Shown: positions 15,001 to 24,000 of the stretch, in pieces
Numbering within the stretch: the first letter of the stretch is position 1
Layout: the number at the start of each line of letters is the position of its first letter
From: an uncultured Planctomycetota bacterium
Lineage (GTDB): Bacteria > Planctomycetota > Planctomycetia > Isosphaerales > Isosphaeraceae
Assembly (NCBI GenBank): GCA_963823665.1
Contig: CAWGMQ010000008.1
Coordinates: 320,001-384,000, forward strand
Length of the DNA stretch: 64,000 nucleotides
Direction: 5' to 3'
Notes under the pieces: generated by a model
Seen by the model: the letters and a program-made list of their open reading frames with translations, nothing else
The model's database searches: none
What the model was told of the DNA's origin: nothing
Program-made: the position numbers and the translations under genes

Positions 15001-18000
15001 ACAACATCATTCAGATCACCACCACGGTGGACTCGATCAACAAGAGTGTATCCACCAGCGGCGGAACGTTTGATTTTTCGCTCGACACTCCGGCGGTGGT
15101 CACCCTCTCAATCCAGGACTCGACCACGGACGAAGACGTCGACGTCGAAAATATTCCAGATCCAACTGGCGGGAGCGAAGATTTCCAGGACGGAATATCG
15201 CTGACCGCGGGCACTTACAAAACTACCCTGGCGAGCCTTGGCGGACAGGAGACGCCGGGAACCTATGACTTTAGCCTGACGGCCACGGCCGCGAATGGAA
15301 AATCCACGACGGTCACCGGAACGATCATTCTCACATTCCAGGAGAATGCCAGCCTGCCGATCGGCCATACCATCATCGACGGCGTGGACATCTTCGACGG
15401 CCACTTGACCGTCTCCAGCACGGACGTCACGATTCCCGGGCGCGGGTTGGACCTGGATTTCACCCGCACCTATTCCAGCTCCGGCAACTCAAGCGCCGGG
15501 CCGCTCGGTGCCGGCTGGACCGACAGCTACAACGTCCAACTTGTCCAGAACAGCAGCGGCACCTACACCATCATCGGCGGCGACGGCAGCGGCAACACCT
15601 TCAGCGCCGCCTCGCAGTCCAACCCCACGCTGGCTCAGGAATTCGGCCTGCCTGCTGCCGATTGGAACGCCGCCCGCTTCTACGCGCCCCAGGTGGGCTA
15701 TCACTCGACGCTGGTACAACCCAACCCGGAACAGGACCCGACGAAGTTCTATTTCTACACGACCGACCACACGCTGTACGACTTCGAGCTGCAGCCCGGT
15801 CTGTCGGAGTCGCAGTCGGTCTACACCCTGCGCTACATCCAGGACTCGAACGGCAACCGCGTCAGCCTGTACTACAGCGACGACCCGACCGGTGCGCTCC
15901 CGGCAGACCCCAATCTGCAGGCCGATCTCAACGGGCCTCCGCTCACCTTGGCTGTAATCGAAGACTCCTCCGGCCGCGCTCTGGTTCTTACGTATAGTTA
16001 TATTGCAAATTCTTATCGCATCGTGCAACTCACCGGCTACGACCCGTCCGGCAGCAATTTGCTGGGGCTGGCGGTTGATTACGGCTACGACCAGTGGGGC
16101 AATCTGACCAGCGTCGTTCGTGTCGACCCCACAACGCCCGGCGACGTTCTTCAGAAAGAGAGCTACACCTACTCTCCCGGCCTGGGCGTCACCGGGCACA
16201 ACCTGCTGACCTATACCGCTCCCGACGGCTATGACGCGCACGGGGCCCCAGTCAGCGGGGGATCCAATCCGACTGCTGCCTTCGGCCTGGATATCGGCGC
16301 CGACGCGAGCGGCGACGGCGATTTCACCACGACCTATACCTGGTATAGCCTCGACGCTCTAGGCAAGCCAATCGTGGGGGAAGGCTTCGTCACGTCGAGT
16401 GACGGTATCAGTGCTTACACCGGTGGTTATTCTTTGCTGCCGTCCGGCTTTGCGCAGGTTCCCGGCTATAGCCAGTTCTTCGGCGTTCCCCTCTACGAGA
16501 TGGTTGAATCCGTGACGCAGCCGGGCGGAGTGACGAATGTCAGCACGCCCGATTCGTTCTCCACCATCACCTTTACGTACAACACGGACGCAGGTACGCG
16601 GGTCGTGACCAATCCGAACCCGACCATGATCCCGCCGACGACGTACACCGTGGACAGCTACGGCGCCACCACGGAAATCGATGCCCCGACAATTGCGAAT
16701 CAGGGCCCCAACATCACCAAAATGACCTGGGCGGACCCGGCTTCTCCTGATCCGGCCGCCTTTTGTGCTGTCGATGGCGCGCTCACCGCAAATGAATTGC
16801 AGGGCATCGATGTGGAAATGGTCTCGGAAACAGACGCCGAGGGCCAGATCACCTCGTACGTCTACGATGTCAACGGCAACATCGTGAAGACAACGATCAG
16901 CTTCGCGGGCATGAATGGTTCGACGTATCTGCCGGTCACCGAGGCCGATGGAACCACGCCGGTCGCCGGTAACGACGTCGTCACCAGTTACACCTACGAC
17001 CCCATCTTCAACGTGATGACCAGCGAAACGGACGCCGACGGCCACACAACGTACGATATCTACGACAGCACGTATGAGCAGATGAATTCGACCCAGCCGA
17101 CCGGGGCCCGGCCGCCCGGCTTCACGGGTCACGACACGGGCAACCTGCTCGAAACCATCGATGCCGTCGGCGATACGACCACCTACACCTACGCGACCGT
17201 CAGTGCCTACAACGGTACCGACGGACCGGGCGACTTGACGTCCGTTACAGACCCGCGCGGCCTCGTGACGACCTACCTGTCCTACGACGCTTACGGCAAT
17301 GCCACGAACATTGTCGATGCCAACGGGAACTACACCACGCAAACGTTTGACGTGCGCAGCCGGATGACCTCGCAGACAACCTTCGGCACGCAGACCATCT
17401 CGGGCCCGACCACGGTTTCTCCCGTCGACGCCGGCGGGGTCGCTCAGTCGACCACCGTCTACGTCTACGACGGCCTGGACCGAGTGGTTCGCCAGGTGGA
17501 GATCGACGACCTGGACCCGGCAGATAACGCGTTCTCGCGGCCGCAAGATTCAGGCTTGCCGGCAATGACTCTGCTTGGCGGCGAGGTGGCCCAGGCGACG
17601 AGCACCGTGCTGTCTCAAACCACGTGGGCCGAAGAGACCATCAACCAGTACCTGCCGGGCGGCCAGCTTGCGGAAACCATCAACGGGCTGGGATTGGTGA
17701 CCCAGTACCAGTATGACAACGGCAACCGAGTCCTCGTGGAAACCCAGAGCGGCTTCATGCTGGCGCCCAAACCGGTGCCCGTCCCGGTGGCGACGCAGTA
17801 CGTGACCACGTATGCCTACGACCAGAACAATAACGTAACGCAGGAAACCGATCCGCGCAAAATCACGACCATGTACTACTACGACAACTTGAATAACCTC
17901 TACCGCACCGACGTATACTCGGTGCCCGGCCAGAACGAAATGACCGAGACGACGTTGACCAGCTATGACCTTGTAGGCAACAAGCTCACCTCGTCCGACA

Positions 18001-21000
18001 TTCACGGCAATGTGACGACCTACGAATACGACCGTCTCTATCGCCTGGTAGCGACGGTGTTACCCGTGGATGGGCCGACACCAGGCCTGGCCGCCAAGGT
18101 CACGACGGCATACGACCCCGTCGGCAACGTGGTCATTCAGACCGACGCCAACGGCAAGGCGACCATCTCGGTGTACGATAACGCGAACCGACTGAAAATC
18201 CAGACCGACCCCCTGGGTAACGAGATCGAATACACTTATGATCAAGACGGCAATGTCACCCTGGAGGTTCACGAAAGCCCTCTAGACGAAACGCCCGAAG
18301 GTCCGAACAAGGGCGGCACGGACCAGGTCACTTCTGTTGTCTTCAACACGTACGACAATCTGAACCGTCCCCTCGAGATGGACCAGTACGTGGTTCTTGG
18401 CGACCCGACGGTCCTGGGTTCCCCGCCGATCCCAGCGGGGCCGGCAGGACACACCTCGATCGGCACTGACCAGGCAGTCTACGTGACGGCCTACCAGTAC
18501 GACGACCGTGACAACACGGTGCTCACCACGGACCCGCGCGGCAAAGAAACCCTGGACCAGGACGATGGACTCGACCGTCTCGAAAGCGAAATCGTGGACG
18601 ACGGCATCGGCGGTCTCAAGCTCAAGACGACTTACACGTACGACGCCGACGGTAACCAGGCTTCCGTGACGGACCCGACGGGCAGCACCACGGCGTCGCT
18701 CTATGACGGGCTGGACCGGCTGATCGTCACCACCTATCCAAAGCTGAGCAACGGTGTGCAATACACCGAGATGTACTATTACGACGGTGACAACTACCAG
18801 ATCGCGTATATTAACCAGCGCGGCATCATTTTCACCACCGGCTACGATAACCTCAACCGCGTGGTCGCCCAGAACGTCGTGGAATTTAGCGGAGTGCTGC
18901 AAACACTCACCGCCACAACGTACGACGACAAGGGCGTGCCGGCCGGCGCGTACATGACCTACAGCGTGACCGTGACCGACGCGAACGGCAACCCGACCAT
19001 CACGACCTACGACGGGCTCGATCGCCCGCTGCTCGTGACCGAGCCGGCCGTGCTGATAACCGACGCTTCCGGAAACTCAGAGTTCGTCAACCCGACGATC
19101 ATTTCTACCTATGACGGCGTGAACTTGCTGAGCCAGATTGATGCGAACGGTAACAAGACGGTCTTCGGCTACGATGCCGATAACCGCGTTATCGAAACGC
19201 AAGAATACGACGAATCCGAAGCGCTCCAGGCCACGACCGTTGACGTGTACAACGATGCCAAGAACCAGGTTGTCGAGGAAGGCCCGCGGACCGACGCCGG
19301 TGCCCTGATCGACACTATCACGCAGAACGATTCCCTGGGCCGCGTGATTTCCCAGTCCGTCGAAAACCTGTCTCTGTCCAGCGAGTACGGCACCAGCGTG
19401 GTTACGCTGGTCCAGAACCAGTACGACGGCGACGGCAACCTGATCGCGACCACCGACGCCGACAACAACGAGACCACCTACACCTATGACGGCGCCAACC
19501 GGCAGATCAGCATGACCGTGGCCGCCAATACCCCCTCGGTCGCTGCCACCACGAACTACGCTTACGATGCGGCCGGCGATTTGATCGCGGTTCAGGGGCC
19601 GCGCATCCACGCCGCGCCGACGCAGCCCTTCCCGCAAGATCCCAACAACCCAGTTCCCACCGAGTTCATCAACTATTTCGACGCTTACTACACCTACGAC
19701 GCCATGCACCGCCAGGTCACCGAAACCGACGGCGCGGGCGACACCACCTATCAAACCTACGACGGCGACAATAACGTCGTCAGCACAAAGACTCCAGATG
19801 GCAACATCACGACCTACACCTACGACGAGTTAGACACGCTGACCTCAGTGAACGAAAGCGCGGAAGGCGGCGGAATCACTTACTACGTTTACGACGCGAA
19901 TCGCAACAAGATCGCCCAGCAGGACGCCAACGGAAACCTGGTCACTTACAAGTACGACGCCTTGAACCGGCTCACGGACACCTACCAGTTCTTGACCCCG
20001 GGCTTTTTGCACGGCACGCTGGAGGGTTCCTCGCTCTCCGCGAGCGAGCTTTATCCGTCGAATCCATCGCCCACCTTGGTGATCCACTGGCAGTATGGCT
20101 ACGATGCCGACGGCAACCAGACCCTGGTCATCGACCCCAAGGGCCAGCAAACCCACATGGCCTATGACTTCCGCGACCGCCTGGTCTCGGTAGCCTACAC
20201 CAATGCCGCGGATCCCAGCCTCGCTTACCAACCGCTTTCGATCACGTACCAGTACGATCTGGACGACAACCTGACGCAGGCCACGGAAACGGAGACCGGC
20301 CCGTCCACCGCGGACATCACCGAGCAATACGTCTACGCCTACGATGCGCTCGACCGTCTGACCCAAACCACCCGGCACGACGACCTCGGTGCCAGCGATG
20401 ACATCGTGACCTACATCGGCTACACCTACGATGAGCAAGGCAACCTCAAGAGCGAGACAGTCCCGGCCGCCAACAATCCGCTGCCGACGGGCCCGCCGAT
20501 GCCCAGTACGATCACGACCACCTACGATTACGATGCCCAGAACCGCCTGACGGCGGTACACACGGGGTCGGGCACGACGAGCTACGCGTACTTCCCCGAC
20601 GGCCTGGTCGCCTCGATCCAGTACCCCAACGGCGTCGTCGCCGATTCGAGCTACGCCAATTCGTATGACGCCGCAGGCCGGTTGACCCTGCTGGTGAACC
20701 ACACCGGGCCAGCCGGAACGGACCCGTCGACCACGTCCCCGGCCTTCATTTCCAGTTTCCAGTACACCTACGATGCCGACGGCAATCGACTGTCCCAGAT
20801 GGAGGCCCACTCCTGGCCCACCAGCACGACGAACGAGCTGGTGCGCGAGGAAACGACCTACACCTACGACCAACTGGATCGGCTAAGCTCTGTCCAGTAC
20901 GTCAGCCTCCAGAACGGCGTGAGCGCCGGCCTGTCTTACACCTATGACGAGAACGGCAATCGCCTGAGCGAAACCGGGTTCGACCCCAGCAACCCGTCTC

Positions 21001-24000
21001 AGCCGGTCAACCTGACGTACGCCTACAACCGACTCAATGAGTTAATGAGCATCACCAATCATGTGGATGCCTCGCAAAGCACGGCGTTCACCTACGACGC
21101 CAACGGCAACCGGACGATGGAGACCATCGGCCAGTTCGACACCGGCACCGACGGCAACGGTAATCCCGTAGTGATGATAGTCGGGAACGCCAGCAGCATG
21201 ACGCCCTACTTCTACAACCTCAACGATGAGCTGGTGAAGACGACCGACGTCGCCAACGGCGGCGTGGTTACGTTCGACTATGACTACACCGGCACGCGCG
21301 ACAAGATGATTGACTCGACGGGCGACACCCGCTACCTCTACGACGGCAGCGGCAATCTGGTGCTGGAATACAACGGCGCAAGCGACGCGACGGTTTTCAG
21401 GTACAACTATGGCCTGGCGCTGGTTTCGAGCGTGGACGCTAGCGCCAGGCGCAATTCTACCTGTTCGATGCGTTGGGCAGCGTATCCGAACTCACCAACC
21501 TGACGGGACAGCTCGTCGCGGAAGGCATGCAGTACGATGCCTGGGGCAACGTGATTCAGTCTTATGCCGGTGGTTCCAGCCCCGTTGGATTCACCGGCCA
21601 GCTTGCTGACACGGATACCGGGCTCGACTACTTCGGGGCTCGCTACTACGACCCAAGCACCGGGACGTTCATCACCCAGGATAGCTACCTTGGTCAATCC
21701 GATACGCCGATAACGTTGAATCGCTATTTGTATGCCGCCGCCAATCCCTTGGCCAATACTGACCCGACGGGACATGCGGACGCACCTCAGAATCCCGCGA
21801 ACTGGGTCGAATCCGACCCTACACCGAGTACTTCACCCAATGCCGCACCGTCGGGACAATTCAACGTTACGGCTGATAATCCCCCGAACTGGGTCGAACT
21901 CGACGCGTCAGCGAATCCCGCACCCGGCGCCACTGGAAACGCGACTGAATCGTCAAACAGTCCTGGGACAGCCGTTGGACAGCCGGTCGCAAGTGCCGCC
22001 GAGCAGTTGAAGGATGACTTTGGCATCGATGTCAACGATCCCTTCTGGAAGTGGAACCCCAAGCTCCAGGACGCATTGGCTCAGATCCAGCAGACTGCCT
22101 TGGAAAAGAACATCCAAGGTATGGAGTGGTCCGCCGAAAATCTAGATAAATACGGCGGCTTTGGTACCGTACCAGGCCCTTCACTGCTTGCCGTATCGGA
22201 TAGTCCTTCTGGCGGCTCAGGTATGGAACACATGGCCACAGTCGGCGCTGGTTACGCGTATGCGGCCACTGGGGATAAAGATTTCAGTTATGCGGTTGGT
22301 CAAGCCTCACAATTCACGTTTGAAGTTGCCCAGGCCGCCCAGGGCACGGAAGAGGCGCGCTTCGCTAATGAGGCAGTTGGCTCTGCCTCCCCACTGACAT
22401 CCGTAGCGGCAAGTCCTTCACGCGAAGCGGCAAGTATAACGCCCGCAGAGGTTCCAACAGAAAGCGAATTGCACTCCCTGGTCGACATGTTGGAAGGTGC
22501 GCAGAGTGGTGTTCACATTTCCATGCCAGCTTACAGGCCTAATTCTCCGGACAGCAATTTCGCGGTAAGCAATGTTAATGCTGTTGATGCTTTCAAACTC
22601 GTTAGTCAAGAGTATACGACGGTAGGTAAGCCAGGTGGTGATGTCTGGCTATCGCCCGGAGTGGATTTTCCCAGTCAGACAAACGTCGAGGAGGTTCAGC
22701 GTCTAACTGGCAGGGCGCCGAGCATAACGCCGGACTTTAATGCCGCCAGTTACCCCGAAAACGATGATAAATCAGGCGTTGGGATTTATAGAGTGCTAAT
22801 TCCGTATGAGCTCGCGACGCTATCTACGCCGACCGAGGGCACCGCTGTCGATTTCTTGCAGGGCGGAAACACGGCTGTCCGTGGGCAAGACTTTTACTTG
22901 GTGAATCCTACGAGAGAATATACCTCGCCCAGCATTGATGTTGTCCCAGAAATGAGGTTACAACGACTTTCCCCCTCTCCACTCGGAGAATTCGGAGCGC
23001 CACATGGTTGGCAGAATGTCAATTTCAATGTTCCGAATCCTACCACGGTACGGCAAACGGGGTCGGTAATCCAAACTGATGTAGGGAACGAGTCCGGGAG
23101 CGAGATTGATCCTGAGAATCTTGATGACGCTCTTGAGCAGCAAGTGTGGGCTGACAGCCTCGGTACCCAACTGGTCCTCTCTACCAAGATCGAATTTACT
23201 ACGCTACCGGTTGGCGAACTTGGTGAATCCATAATCACCGAGATTAGTCCCGCTGGTCTGCCGACCGCAGGGACGATCCTCCTGAGCGCGAATGCCTTGG
23301 GTCTGGGCTGGTTCTTCGATCCGACGCAACAGGGCAACGCCGAATTCAGCCAGCAGGCCGGCCCGTATTCTTTTCAGGCAACTCCAGGCTCGCCGGCCGC
23401 GGGTAAGTACGATCTGGAAACCGTGCTGCTGCACGAAATCGGCCACTTGCTCGGCATCGATCCGCAAATCCCGGGTTTTGTGGCACACGTCGGCATGGTC
23501 GCCGGGTCCGCAGTGTTCGCCGACGGCGGAGTCTCGGCAACCTTCGTGCCGCAAGCCGATGACCTCGATCCGAACCTGTATCCCAACGACCTGATGAGCC
23601 TCGACCTCGCACCCGGCGAGCGACGTCTTCCTTCGGCGCTGGACGTGCAAATCATCGACGCCGTGCGCAGCACGTCGCTGGCCGAGATCGCCAGCGGGGT
23701 GATCAGCAATGATGCACAGGCAACATCGGGCGCGCCCGGGAGCTCCGCATTTCCAGGATCGTCCCAGCCGGCACGGCTGGGCGCCTGGGACGACGACAAC
23801 ATCATCAACGGCAACTTCGCCATCACGGATCCCACCGTTCCGCAGTTCGGCTGGACCGAACGCGGCTCCGTCACGGTCACGGGCGGCCAGGGAGTGTTAT
23901 CGGAGAACCCGAATGTCTTCAGCGAGCTGGCGCAGAGCTTCACCATCCCTGCCAATGTCACCGCCTTGCGCTTCACGGTGTATTCCCAGTTCAGCGACAA

